Below, in pieces: positions 50,521 to 64,000 of a DNA stretch of 64,000 bases. Position numbers and translations under genes: made by a program. Position 1 is the first letter of the stretch. The number at the start of each line of letters is the position of its first letter. Under the pieces are notes generated by a model that was not told where the DNA came from, made no database searches, and saw nothing but the letters and a program-made list of their open reading frames with translations. Origin of the DNA: Octopus bimaculoides (taxonomy: Eukaryota); the NCBI RefSeq assembly GCF_001194135.2, contig NC_068997.1:1726951-1790950 (forward strand), read 5' to 3'.

Positions 50521-51499
50521 ATATCTATCTATCTATCTATCTATCTATATATATANNNNNNNNNNNNNNNNNNNNNNNNNNNNNNNNNNNNNNNNNNNNN
50601 NNNNNNNNNNNNNNNNNNNNNNNNNNNNNNNNNNNNNNNNNNNNNNNNNNNNNNNNNNNNNNNNNNNNNNNNNNNNNNNNNNNNNNNNNNNNNNNNNNNN
50701 NNNNNNNNNNNNNNNNNNNNNNNNNNNNNNNNNNNNNNNNNNNNNNNNNNNNNNNNNNNNNNNNNNNNNNNNNNNNNNNNNNNNNNNNNNNNNNNNNNNN
50801 NNNNNNNNNNNNNNNNNNNNNNNNNNNNNNNNNNNNNNNNNNNNNNNNNNNNNNNNNNNNNNNNNNNNNNNNNNNNNNNNNNNNNNNNNNNNNNNNNNNN
50901 NNNNNNNNNNNNNNNNNNNNNNNNNNNNNNNNNNNNNNNNNNNNNNNNNNNNNNNNNNNNNNNNNNNNNNNNNNNNNNNNNNNNNNNNNNNNNNNNNNNN
51001 NNNNNNNNNNNNNNNNNNNNNNNNNNNNNNNNNNNNNNNNNNNNNNNNNNNNNNNNNNNNNNNNNNNNNNNNNNNNNNNNNNNNNNNNNNNNNNNNNNNN
51101 NNNNNNNNNNNNNNNNNNNGTCTGTCAGTCTCTCTATCAATCAATCGTCTCTCTCTCTCTCTCTTTATAAATATATAGTGATGATGATGATGATGATGAT
51201 GATGAGGAGGAGGAGGAGATGGAGGTGAAGGAGGATATGTATATACGCGCATGTTTGTATTTCTCGAATAGATTATAGCTGTCAAAAAGAGGCCCAGCCT
51301 TGTCACACTGTCCTATTGAACCGACCAGTGAATTATTTTAAAGGTAAATATATATCTGTAAAATACTCTACCATTTACTCAGGAAATCAATATGTAGGTA
51401 GTTCAGTTAATAAAACAGCTAAATGTGCAACGGAATAAATGACGGAGGATCCATAATATATATTCATCAGTGTGTGTGAGTGTGTGTGTCGGTGTGTGC

Positions 51500-51925
51500 G
51501 TGCGCACAGACACAAAGAGAGAGAGAGATAAAAAGATAGATAGAGAAGGAGTGAGAGAGATGTGAGAAGAGGGTGCAGAGAAGTGGAGAAGTGAAGTGAG
51601 GGAGAGATCGGGAGAGAGGGGTAGAGAAAGGAAAAGATAGGGAGGGGAGAGGGGGAGAATATGAGAGAGAGAGAGGGAGCGAAAAAGGAGGCCAGAAAAT
51701 GAAGAGAGAGATAGACAAAGAGAAAGGGCGAAGGAAGAAGAGAAGAGACGGAGGAGGAGAGATGGACGGCGCAAGTATAGATGGTGGGAGTGATTGAGGA
51801 GGAGAGGAGAGGAGGAGACACGGAGGAGGAAGGGGGAGGACAAGCAAGTAAGAGGGAGGAAGGGAGAGAAGGAAGAAGAGGGGAAGCGAGTGAGGAGGAG
51901 AGAGAGAAGGGAGGGAGGGGAAACA
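51500..51925. repeat. ~425-bp polypurine (GA-rich) low-complexity tract
   Basis: Almost exclusively A/G on the + strand; source of several S/L/P-rich and E/R/G-rich ORFs. Confidence 0.9.
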
Positions 51926-52245
51926 CGCAAGTATATCCATGTAAGCATGCAGCCATTATTTATATATCGAAACAGTATAATTATAATTATTGGAGCAAAC
52001 CTTATGCCGTTCGGAATGTTTCGCGCTTGCTCGCTCGTATCACACACACGCACGCACGCACACACACACACAAACGCATATACGCACACATACACTCACA
52101 CACATATTATGAGCTGTAAAGTAGGAAAACAAGTTTATAGTCCTTAAGATATTAAAATAAATTTAGTAAAATTTATTACTTGTGCATTGCAGTGTACACA
52201 CACGCACATATGTATGTGTGAAGGAGATTTAAACTTTCACCATAG

Positions 52246-52306
<61 letters not shown>

Positions 52307-52664
52307 GTATGAGTCAAAATGGTTGTACAAATTCTTTTATCTAATAATTCGGCGTCGCACTAAAATGGTTGCGTGTGCACATATGCGTGTATGTATGTGT
52401 GTATATCTGTTTATGTGTATGAGTGTGTTTCTGTGTGTATGTGTTTTAAGTCTATATATAAATATCTCCCTCTCTTCCTGTAACTTTGCGTGCTTCTCTA
52501 TATTTTCTGTACGACCATATTTACACAGTTATTCCTGTTTCCATAGAATCCAAATTAAAGGAATTTCTTTTTTCTTTTATTTATTGCTGTCCTATTGTAT
52601 TTTAAAATTTCAATTTTTTTTTGTTTTTTCCACTTTAGCCACATTGTTATTTTCAATTATCGCA

Positions 52665-52734
52665 ATAATAACAACACCAACAACAACAAGAACAACAACA
52701 AGAACAACAACAACAACAACAACAACAACAAGAA

Positions 52735-52802
<68 letters not shown>

Positions 52803-52900
52803 CAATAATGATAAAAATAAAGCTACTGAACAATAATAATAATAATAATAATAATGATAGCAATAATAATGATAATAATAAAAATAATAATAATAATGGC

Positions 52901-52954
<54 letters not shown>
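52665..52954. repeat. (CAA)n-(TAA)n compound microsatellite
   Basis: Directly visible, runs into a gap. Confidence 0.95.
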
Positions 52955-54199
52955 NNNNNNNNNNNNNNNNNNNNNNNNNNNNNNNNNNNNNNNNNNNNNN
53001 NNNNNNNNNNNNNNNNNNNNNNNNNNNNNNNNNNNNNNNNNNNNNNNNNNNNNNNNNNNNNNNNNNNNNNNNNNNNNNNNNNNNNNNNNNNNNNNNNNNN
53101 NNNNNNNNNNNNNNNNNNNNNNNNNNNNNNNNNNNNNNNNNNNNNNNNNNNNNNNNNNNNNNNNNNNNNNNNNNNNNNNNNNNNNNNNNNNNNNNNNNNN
53201 NNNNNNNNNNNNNNNNNNNNNNNNNNNNNNNNNNNNNNNNNNNNNNNNNNNNNNNNCACATATATATATATATATATATATGCATACATATACACATATA
53301 TATATATATATATATGTGTATACGTATAGATATATTTATTTATATGTGTATGTTGTCTGTTTTCTTTGTGTTGAATATATCAACAGTATTACCGTCATTT
53401 TTGTACGTTTGCTTGTATTTTTCGCGTTAAGATTCTCATAGATTTGTCACGTTTAAGACCTGTACATGATGGATTGGAGATGCGATACATCTGTTGTCTC
53501 TTATCCGGTGTTCTTACATTTTAAATTGAATCATTGCATTGTAAGATGATTTAATATCCTGTCTGCAATTTTTACCAAAATCCTCACGAATCTAAATTTC
53601 TAATTATTTAATTTTCTTCTTGACTTTCAGCGAAATAGTTGCCAATATCATTCAACAGGAAATCTTTAATGAAAATGATTTTAATTTACTTTGTTTTCTG
53701 TTAATTATTTATTGAAAGCTTTTCTTGTTTGATTATTATCCTAAGTTCAGCAATTATTTCAACTGCCGCAGTTTTCCATTGGAATTTGGTTTATTGTTTA
53801 CGCTTTCTCTTCAAATTTTGTTTTATATTGATGTTTTTCTTTGACAAATAATGAACCTGCAAAATTGTAGGAAAATGGATCTAAATAAGCAAATATTTTC
53901 TGCATAGTCATGCCATCCCAGCAACCATATGATGTATAATTTATGTGACCTTCTGTAAATAACAGCCACAAAGACAGTATTGTCAGAGTTGGAATTTATT
54001 TTTTAAACCATATTTCAGTTGGGGCATGGCAGACTTAAGTCAATAACAACAGCCCCAGCAGGATTTAAATCTGAGTTCACCTCGACAAGATTTAAAGTCA
54101 GAGCATGGAAGTAGAAAACTACCCTCTCGTGTGTGACACGCTATCCGCTATGGCGTATATTTATACACTTTGATATAAAATATACTTTTTTGTTTTACA

Positions 54200-54370
54200 T
54201 AGGTTCGGGGGTTGAAATGCGGAGAGGAACAGAGTCAAATCGACTAGTACTTTTCTTGATCAAAGCCATAAGAATCAAAAGGCAAAGCTATTATGGACGG
54301 GATTTAAATGAACAACGTAAAAGATCGCACTGCAAGATATTTTCTCTACTGCTCTGCCGAATCGGCGAAT
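54200..54370 (-). mobile_element. Highly diverged SINE family A; a similar forward remnant lies at 54961-55086
   Basis: CGACTAGTACTT..AAAAGGCAAAGCTA..GGGATTTAAATGAACAACGTAAAAGA, reverse family-A motifs. Confidence 0.45.
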
Positions 54371-54675
54371 CTGCCGCCCAAGAAATCTTAGCAGCAGCAC
54401 CAGCAGCAGTAATGGATGCCTTGTTTTGTATTTGGCGTAATTACTCTCCCCAGATACAGCAAAAGTAGTGGTTGTTGTTCCAAGCACAGATTTCTGCTGT
54501 ACGTGTCTTGATATATTCGCTAATCTTTTATCAAGTAGGTTCAATTTTTTACTTTTTACTATGATCTTCGACTTTCGAGGGTCAGTAAAATATATTTTCG
54601 TAAGAGAGTAGCTTCACTGAAATCTACCACACAACATCCCCTACTCTACTTTGTAAATGTGGAGGCAAAGAGAAA

Positions 54676-54728
<53 letters not shown>

Positions 54729-55149
54729 CAGAGGAGGAGGGAGTTAAAGAAGCTCAGTTAGAGAGACTAATAGACAGAGACACAGAGGAACTTATTTAAG
54801 TATGGAGGGTAGTAGACTGGTAAGAGCAGTAGAGTCTCGGACAAAATGGTGAGTGTTTGGTGGAATTGGTAGTTATGACCACAATCTTAGTGGCTTCGTA
54901 GAACTGGTAGAGTTATGGTGAAAATAATAAGGATTTGGCAGAACTTATGACGTCAAGGGTAAAATGCCTTTTGGCATATATTTCCATCTTTTTATGTTAC
55001 AGTTCACTTCCCGTCGAGATCAACTTTACTTCTCGTTTTACAAGAAATCTGCAAAGTACCAGTCATGTACTGAGGTCGAGGTAATGTACAACAATAATCA
55101 TTTAAGCATCGGGGCTTATGCCTGTTCGACATATAGGAGGAAACCATGG

Positions 55150-55870
55150 TAGATTCACTAGATACTAGAGTATATGTCATAATGGTGTTGGGGTGATGGT
55201 AAGAGTGGCGGTGACGTTGAAGGTGTGGGCGATGGTAGAGGCTGGGCTGATGATTTCAGGGATGGTTCTAAGAACGGTGGTGGTAATTTTCTTGGATGTA
55301 GTGTTTGTATAGCGGCAGCGGCGGTGTAGGTGGTGGTGGTCTTGGTGGTGGTGGTCTTGGTGGTGGTGGTCTTGGTGGTGGTGGTCTTGGTGNNNNNNNN
55401 NNNNNNNNNNNNNNNNNNNNNNNNNNNNNNNNNNNNNNNNNNNNNNNNNNNNNNNNNNNNNNNNNNNNNNNNNNNNNNNNNNNNNNNNNNNNNNNNNNNN
55501 NNNNNNNNNNNNNNNNNNNNNNNNNNNNNNNNNNNNNNNNNNNNNNNNNNNNNNNNNNNNNNNNNNNNNNNNNNNNNNNNNNNNNNNNNNNNNNNNNNNN
55601 NNNNNNGGTCTTGGTGGTGGTGGTGGTGGTCTTGGTGGTAGTTTTGAGGTGGTAATGTTAGCGGCGGTTGTGAATGTGTAGGTGGTTGTGTTAATGGCGC
55701 TCGTTCTATTGGCGTTGCTGGTTATGAGAATCCTGAGGGTGGTTATGTTAGTGATGGTGGTAGCGGTTGCAAAGTTGCCAGGGAGGTTGTGTTAATTGTA
55801 AATTTTTATGGTGGTAGTGGTGATGACTGCAAAGATACTTGGGGCAGCTATGGTAGTGGTGGTGGTTTTA
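55150..55870. repeat. Cryptic (GGT)n-derived low-complexity region with a 15-bp GGTGGTGGTGGTCTT minisatellite core
   Basis: Perfect 15-mer units at 55329-55392 and 55607-55640 flank a gap; degenerate triplets extend on both sides with frame slips. Confidence 0.85.
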
Positions 55871-56330
55871 TTCGTTTATTTATTTATTTATTTATTTTGG
55901 TGATTGTAGTAATGTAGATGTTGGCGGTTGAGAGGATGATGGTTGTAGTGGCGGTGTTTGCACTAATGTACGATCCATGTTCTATGTTCTATATGAGTGA
56001 TCATCAATATATTTTTAATGACGGACTGACGTGCTGTTAACAGGGTACATCACACTCCCCACTCTCTGCGGATACAATGTAAAGGTGACTAATGTGAGTA
56101 TGTTAAATACTTTCTTAATGGATATCATTGCATTCATATAGAACTAGACATTTCCTTTGCGAAACTGCTTGGAAATAGATAGATGTGATAACACCGATAA
56201 AACACACATTCATTTATATTCTCTCTTGCTGCAACATAAATACTTTATATTACTTTACACTCAATGATTGCTATTAGATGCATAAGTAATAGAGTTTATA
56301 AAGCATAGTGCATACATATAAATATGTATT

Positions 56331-56370
<40 letters not shown>

Positions 56371-57893
56371 TGTATATGTATGTGTGTATGCATGTATGTA
56401 TGTATGCATGTATGTATGTGTGTGTGTGTATGTGTATATATGTTGTATATGTACATGCTTCTATAGGCACCTCCGTTTTCTCTTAACGTAAAAACTTGTA
56501 TAGGTAGGATTTTTTCTTACATTAGTGGTTAAATATTTACTATACAAACCTAAGTACAGAACAATTTTCAACAAGTACACTTTGGGGGTCTTCTTTAGCT
56601 GCCACCTCCCGTAAAGCAACTTTATATATATATTCATAATCCAAACACAGACGTGTGCTTTTTATGTAGCGGTGATGCCACATGTCCACTGTCGAAGTGA
56701 CATAGCACGTGCTTTGTATAAGTTAGAGGTTGAATCAAATGAGTGCCGTGAAGCAACGCAAGTGAAAGGTACGTGAGTGTTACAAAAGGCCTCTTCAAGA
56801 TCAGACTTCACAATCACAAATCATCTTTTAAACATCAGGGGAGATGTAACGTCACAATATTGTTGAAACATATACGGCATATGAGAGAAAAAGTAGCACA
56901 GTATAAACAATAAACAACAGTAGGGTATCCAAACGTTGTGTAATGCGAAAATAATTACATTGAAAAATTCTCTCTGACATTTAAAAATGAGATGATTTCC
57001 TCTTATTCTCAAGAACGGAAATAAAACTGGCCGAATCTACTCTCACAGTAAGAGTTGGCTGGTTCTGCCATCACTGGTCTCGACAGCGTAAATAAGGAAT
57101 CTGTCTTCCCCACAGCCAACAGTTATAAACACCCATGCATTTTACCCGACGACACATGCGCGTCTAAAACTTCACCACGTTTCTCCCCATCTATTACTCT
57201 TTCGCTCTCTTTCCCCACACCCTTCATCTCACACTTCCCAATATTTTCGCAACAATCACAACTACAGAAAAATAAAAGACCTGAAATAAACGGAGTGAAC
57301 GTCCACTACTAAAATACTAATGTACCAGACAATTACTAAAACAGGCTTATCATGATGGACTGGAGTTCCAGCACTGATATTTTAGAACTGTATTTTCAAT
57401 GTTTTTTTTTCATCTATGTGTATCGTTTAGATTTTTTTAAATAACATTTCTGACACCAATTGATAGGATGTGGTAACTTCAGGTTAAAATGCACAATTTA
57501 TACTCTTCCTTTCACTTGGGTCCAAAGTTTGTTAATTTTCATTTCATACCAGATGGAAGGGTCTTCAACGTGAAACAGTTCAATAACAGGAATTGGCTGT
57601 CATCAATTTGAATCAATATTATGGGTGTTAAAAGTACTTTGCTTTGGGCAGCAGAAAATACAGAAAATGTCAGGGCAAGAGAGGAATTAGAGGTGGGTGG
57701 GAATGAAGAGAGGAAATAGGTGTGAGATGAAGGGAAGAGAAGGGAGGGGAGTCAGATGTAGAGGGGAGGGGAGTTGAGCCCATCGAAATATTATTTCAAA
57801 ATTTCTCTAAAGGAGACTCCGGCAGCAGTACTGGGTATTATTAGTTATCGCCAAGTTAACTTGGCACTCTAGGAAATATAAGTATCCGCGCGC

Positions 57894-57934
<41 letters not shown>

Positions 57935-57935
<1 letters not shown>

Positions 57936-58214
57936 GAGTGGAGATTTGGTAGACAGAAGCTCAAAGAAGCCCGTCGTATTAGTATATATGTATTTATGTG
58001 TTTGTCTTTGTGTGTGTGTTTGTCCCCCCTCCTCTTGACAACTGATATTGGTGTGTTTAAGTTCCTGTAACCTAGTGGTTCGGCAAAGGAGACCGACAGA
58101 ATGAGTACCAGACTTACAAGGAATAAGTCCTGGGGTTGATTTCTTTGTGTAAAAGGTGGTGCTCTAGCATGGCTGCAGTCAAACGACTGAAATAAATAAA
58201 AGAATAAAAGAATA
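57935..58214 (+). mobile_element. SINE family B, 3' half
   Basis: GATTTGGTAGACAGAAGCTCAAAGAAGCCCGTCGT..GGTTCGGCAAAGGAGACCGA..GGCTGCAGTCAAACGACTGAAATAAATAAAAGAATA. Confidence 0.9.
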
Positions 58215-58907
58215 CAAATTCGTACACACTCACACACACACACACACAATACACCGACCAAATAATACACTCTAACTCACATTGTTATTCAATTATTGTG
58301 CTTGTAGCTACGCTCACTGAGATCGAACAGAGAACGACAAAGTTGTGAAGTGAAGTTCTCAAGCAAACGGATACGTATTAACGTATACAATGTCAGACTT
58401 CTGATAACATTCCAGCTATACAAAAGTCTTATCCAATCTCACATCTGCATCTCTAACGTTGTGTCAATGTACGAAGTTCTCTAAGATTCACAAGTGGTAT
58501 AATGAATATCGAGAAACACGATGTTTATAAATAAGTTTTCAAGACGAAATTACCGACGTACAATGACGAAAGCCTCAGGTAGTAGTTAACTTAGATCTTC
58601 TAGCTTTCACATGCCTCTATAACAGTCGTCACCCTGAGAAATTATTATGATCATAGACACAGAATCACATCATCTGATATCGCTTTCTTTGGAATCTTCA
58701 TTGTTGTAATAGATATATAGATTCAATCTAAACTCCATTGTCCGCTGAAATGAAAAATCTTTCATATTTCTGAACTGAAACGGTAAAGTTTTTTTCAGAA
58801 ACCAGATCTCCAGTATTTGGCTATTCTCTACATTTTCGTACAAAGCTGTATATATGTATGTTTCAGTGCATATGTACATATACGTGTACATACGCACACA
58901 CACACGC

Positions 58908-58957
<50 letters not shown>

Positions 58958-60108
58958 NNNNNNNNNNNNNNNNNNNNNNNNNNNNNNNNNNNNNNNNNNN
59001 NNNNNNNNNNNNNNNNNNNNNNNNNNNNNNNNNNNNNNNNNNNNNNNNNNNNNNNNNNNNNNNNNNNNNNNNNNNNNNNNNNNNNNNNNNNNNNNNNNNN
59101 NNNNNNNNNNNNNNNNNNNNNNNNNNNNNNNNNNNNNNNNNNNNNNNNNNNNNNNNNNNNNNNNCACACACACACACACACACACACATACACACACACA
59201 CGAACATGGTATATATATATATATATATATAAAATGCTTAAATAGAGATATTAATTTGCCTAATGCTTAAAGATCATAAATATTTCGTTTAGCCCAGAGC
59301 GAGAAAGGCATTTTAAGAAATATTCGTAGGCGTTTGCGTGGTGCTATGTACTAAATTTATCACTGCCAGAGAATCTTTTTAAAGAATTCTTCTTTAAGTA
59401 TTTCAACAACCAATGAATATAATAGTAATAACAACGTGCCGATTATTGTCTCTACATGTAAATCTATGATGAATATGGAACCTCTTTCTCAAATATTTGA
59501 CAATTCTAAGAATAATTTGTAAACAATTCTGTTAATGCCATTGAATTGAGTTATTGTATTACAATTATGTATCATATTTAAGAATATAGGGAAATATTTG
59601 CTAATAGAGCTGAATGAACGATCTATATACCAGCATCCGGATTATGTACTTTAGCATCAAAATTTTGAAAGAAAATAATGTTCGTATTGAAAAATACTGT
59701 TTAATACAGTAAGATTTAATATGATCTGAATAATATTGTAAAATAATTGTGTTGTATTGTCTTTTTTTCTCCTTATTTAGAGAGATATATGTCTTAGAAA
59801 GTCAGAAATACATGATCTGTTGATTGGTTTTTATGGTGGAATTTGTTAAATTATTGTTTCCAGCCTAAGGTTGAGTCATGCGTTCATATATGTATATATT
59901 TCAAACTTGATTTTTTAATATTATTGAATTCTTATTATTGACATATGTCAGTTAGCTTTTGTTTTTAACTGACATTTTCAACTGACGATTGCTTCTATTC
60001 ACTTTAAGCACACACTATGTCTTACACAATGTCTCACTATCTTTTTATAACGTTCTATTTTATTCTCTCACTATTTCTCGCTGTTTTTACTTTCTGTATT
60101 CCATTCTC

Positions 60109-60109
<1 letters not shown>

Positions 60110-60171
<62 letters not shown>

Positions 60172-60260
60172 ATCTTTCTCTGTCCTCTCTCTCTCTTTCT
60201 CTGTCCTCTCTCTCTTTCCCTGTCCTCTCTCTCTTTCTCTGTCCTCACTCTCTCTCTGTC
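60110..60260. repeat. (CT)n microsatellite with degenerate CTGTCCTCTCT units
   Basis: Directly visible. Confidence 0.92.
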
Positions 60261-61877
60261 CTTGCTCCCTCATTTCTGTATCTTCTCTTCTTTTGTTTTC
60301 TGCTTTACGTCTTTTCCTCTCTGCATGCCTTTCTGCATATCTCTCCCTCCTCCTCTCACACTACATACCTTCATAACGTCAGATGAAACCAGGTCTGTGA
60401 CACAATATATTCCTTCATACACCCCCCCCCACACACACACTTCACAGAAAGAGCACTTTTCTCCCTCCTCTGGTCAGTCCCCAAAGTAAGTAAAATAGAG
60501 AGATGTGAGATGGAAGATGTCTTTGCGATCATCAAACATCCAATATATTAGTCTCGTAAACATAGCAAAGTAGTTACTATTGATTCAAAGTTTGACCACA
60601 GATTTGAAGGAATCAGATACTGGGTTTGGTCTCCCCATATATTGTGAGGCATATACAGTAATGTCGTTTATTATGGCTTTCTATGTAACCAACCAGTATA
60701 TGACCAGTATATGATGAGACTGGTGTATAAGTCTCATCTATGTAAAGAATAGGAAGTGGGTAGAAGTGAAAGTAGATAGATAAATAGATAGACAGACAGA
60801 CAGGTAGACGGATAGACAGATAGACAAGTAGGTAAGTAGGTAGGTAGACAGGTAGATAGATGAATAGATAGATAGATGAGAATTCAGACGAATAACTGAA
60901 ATAAGCTTGAATGAAGAGTAAGACAACGGCCGGATTACTGATATGAAGAAGATGATTAAGAAGGTGTGGTGTATAAGTCTTATCTATTTAAAATCACGCA
61001 ACCGAAGACTCTATCTTGTCTTCTAAACATGAGGCGGTAAGGGAGCCACTACCTAGTCTCTTAAACTTACTAGAAAACATCTTGAAAAACCAGAACAAAA
61101 ACACATGGATAGATTGGATAATATAGCCCTAGAAAGGCGGAATAGTCCTGTCTAGAATTCCTTATTATATGTCTAACGAGCCAAGATTAACAGAGGTTTA
61201 ATTAAGAATATCTTCGTGATCTTGAGTGTGGTGACATGATCTGTTAGAATTATCAATGATATCCACCTCAGTTTCCACGCTACACTGAGCCATGATGGAA
61301 CACATTTGATCATAAATCAGTCAAATTAGGGTAGATGCCACACTGAACGACAAAAGCAACAAACAATACGTACTCTGGCCTTACCAGGTTTTGTTTCACG
61401 GATTATATGAGAAACACTGGATTCCTGGTGGAAAACCTGAAATACATGCACTGCTTTATGAGAAGGCTTTGAGTTACGCTAACAACCAAGAACTTATTCC
61501 CCTCCATACTCATACTTTCTCTCCATCTATCTCTCTTTCTTTCTCTCTCTCTCTCACTCTCTCTCACACATACACACACAAACCGCACAGAATGGACGAA
61601 AATTACTAAAACAGTTGCAAAACTTTTCCGCCAATAAAATTTCGAGAGGAATTGGCATTGCTGCAATCTGTTGACAGATCGCCAGGAGCAACCGATTCCT
61701 TGCAAAGAACTTGAAAATGGAACCTATATCACGTTCTAAGATAAACTGAAATCTCGGGAGAATGACAGAATAATAAACGAAAAAAGTTGGTATGTTCTCC
61801 ATCTCCTACATATCAGTAACCCAGCCCTTGACTTTCTCTTCGTTCAAGCTTATTCTATTAATCGTCTTACTCTCGTA

Positions 61878-61878
61878 C

Positions 61879-61970
<92 letters not shown>

Positions 61971-61995
61971 ATCTATCTATCTATCTATCTATCTA
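61878..61995. repeat. (TATC)n microsatellite
   Basis: Directly visible. Confidence 0.95.
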
Positions 61996-62398
61996 TTTTC
62001 ACTTCTGTCCCCTTCCTATTATTTCCATTTGGAGATTGTTTCAGGAAGAAACCCACGCACAGACACAGCATATACATATATATANNNNNNNNNNNNNNNN
62101 NNNNNNNNNNNNNNNNNNNNNNNNNNNNNNNNNNNNNNNNNNNNNNNNNNNNNNNNNNNNNNNNNNNNNNNNNNNNNNNNNNNNNNNNNNNNNNNNNNNN
62201 NNNNNNNNNNNNNNNNNNNNNNNNNNNNNNNNNNNNNNNNNNNNNNNNNNNNNNNNNNNNNNNNNNNNNNNNNNNNNNNNNNNNNNNNNNNNNNNNNNNN
62301 NNNNNNNNNNNNNNNNNNNNNNNNNNNNNNNNNNNNNNNNNNNNNNNNNNNNNNNNNNNNNNNNNNNNNNNNNNNNNNNNNNNNNNNNNNNNNNNNNN

Positions 62399-62473
<75 letters not shown>

Positions 62474-62492
62474 CAGCAACAACAACAACAAC

Positions 62493-62527
<35 letters not shown>

Positions 62528-62540
62528 CAGCAACAACAAC

Positions 62541-62600
<60 letters not shown>
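62399..62600. repeat. (TAA)n with two CAA/CAG inserts
   Basis: Directly visible; gives the poly-I, poly-L and poly-Y ORFs. Confidence 0.95.
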
Positions 62601-62638
62601 TCATTCTGCTGTCTGATTTTTCCTCTTTCTCCATCTCA

Positions 62639-62674
<36 letters not shown>

Positions 62675-63160
62675 TCTTTACTCGTTTATAGCTATTTTTT
62701 TTTTACCTTTATGGTATCTGTATACTCATGTGTAAGAATATGGAGCAATTGCAAGCTGTCTATCGGAAAAAACAGGTCCCCAATGGAGAAAAAGAAAATC
62801 GACCAACATCGTGCATAGTGAATGTGAGCCAGAAGTTGCCAAACGAAGGTTACTGAGAACATGTAAACTGTCTGACCATTCTTTTCTCCACAGTGAACCA
62901 ACGAGAAATCGATGTTGATGTAACTACACATATATACATTGTTACATTATTATATAGTTTCATTTCCTCTCTGTCGTAATAAATGAGTATATTTCTTTAA
63001 TATAAAATATTGCTAAGCTATTATATTTCGCTAAAATTGGATTAGGAAGCGAAATGCTCAGAATTGCTTATGGAAATAGTTTGGCACTAGTACAGATTCC
63101 TTAGTAAATCGTTTGTGTTGATATTTACGAATTTTATAAACTATGTACGAACATATGGAT

Positions 63161-63191
<31 letters not shown>

Positions 63192-64000
63192 CACACATAC
63201 ACACACAAAGTGAAAGATACGATGACGACCCGACAAATAGCAGTTATAACTATTCTGGGAGCAGATCCACTTTTCTGAGAATGAAGGGATAACAAGAAAG
63301 ATACATACATACATACATACATANNNNNNNNNNNNNNNNNNNNNNNNNNNNNNNNNNNNNNNNNNNNNNNNNNNNNNNNNNNNNNNNNNNNNNNNNNNNN
63401 NNNNNNNNNNNNNNNNNNNNNNNNNNNNNNNNNNNNNNNNNNNNNNNNNNNNNNNNNNNNNNNNNNNNNNNNNNNNNNNNNNNNNNNNNNNNNNNNNNNN
63501 NNNNNNNNNNNNNNNNNNNNNNNNNNNNNNNNNNNNNNNNNNNNNNNNNNNNNNNNNNNNNNNNNNNNNNNNNNNNNNNNNNNNNNNNNNNNNNNNNNNN
63601 NNNNNNNNNNNNNNNNNNNNNNNNNNNNNNNNNNNNNNNNNNNNNNNNNNNNNTATATATATATATATATATATATATATCTTTTATAAATAAATCCAAG
63701 AGAGTTAGGGCCTGTGAATCCAAGTCATTAAGGGATAATATCTCTCCAATATACTGCCGGAAGAATACCCGATTATTATTATTACACTAGTGTTTATGTG
63801 TGTGTCTAAAAATCAGCTGTGTATTGCAGGGTTGCTTTATTGTTACCATTAACTTAGAAATGAAGAAAGATATAGTGCTAAATACAAAAAAAATAAAATA
63901 AAAAATAAAAAAAACAGTCATATTTAATTCGGTTTTTGAGTCTATCTTCAACTATGATCATAAATGATGAGTAATTTCAGAAAAGTATGGCTGCGAATAC

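Noticed and set aside
55150-55920. Gly-rich structural protein (GGGGL repeats, suckerin- or beak-protein-like)
   Set aside because: The Gly frame shifts at least twice, there is no signal peptide or splice context, and the pattern fits a decayed (GGT)n microsatellite.
1-64000. Dozens of ORFs of 100-420 aa in the supplied track
   Set aside because: They run through N gaps or simple repeats (CVCV, HTHT, YIYI, LSLS, poly-L/I); there is no evidence they encode proteins.

Overview
AT-rich, microsatellite-dense eukaryotic draft-assembly DNA with 22 N-gaps, most of them abutting simple repeats. The SINE families, (TACA)n/(GATA)n/(CA)n density and transposon mix look like a coleoid cephalopod (Octopus-like) genome; this is inference from recalled repeat sequences, not a database result. 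I could not recognise any host protein-coding gene, tRNA/rRNA gene or CRISPR array. Most long ORFs in the supplied track are artefacts of N runs or simple repeats. The supportable content is decayed mobile DNA: a near-complete mariner element (D,D34D), a degenerate Tc1 element, a hAT (Buster/Charlie-like) transposase remnant, RTE and L1/Tx1 reverse-transcriptase fragments, a Penelope-like element whose GIY-YIG domain carries a ~180-codon in-frame low-complexity insertion, several R4/Dong-like (REL-endonuclease) 3' ends embedded and stacked in (TACA)n arrays, two Tigger-like MITEs, a TTAACCC-ended hairpin-bearing MITE, and about 20 copies of several tRNA-type SINE families. Structural oddities include a 75-bp-arm near-perfect foldback, a head-to-head inverted SINE pair and a direct-repeat-flanked ~890 bp non-coding element.
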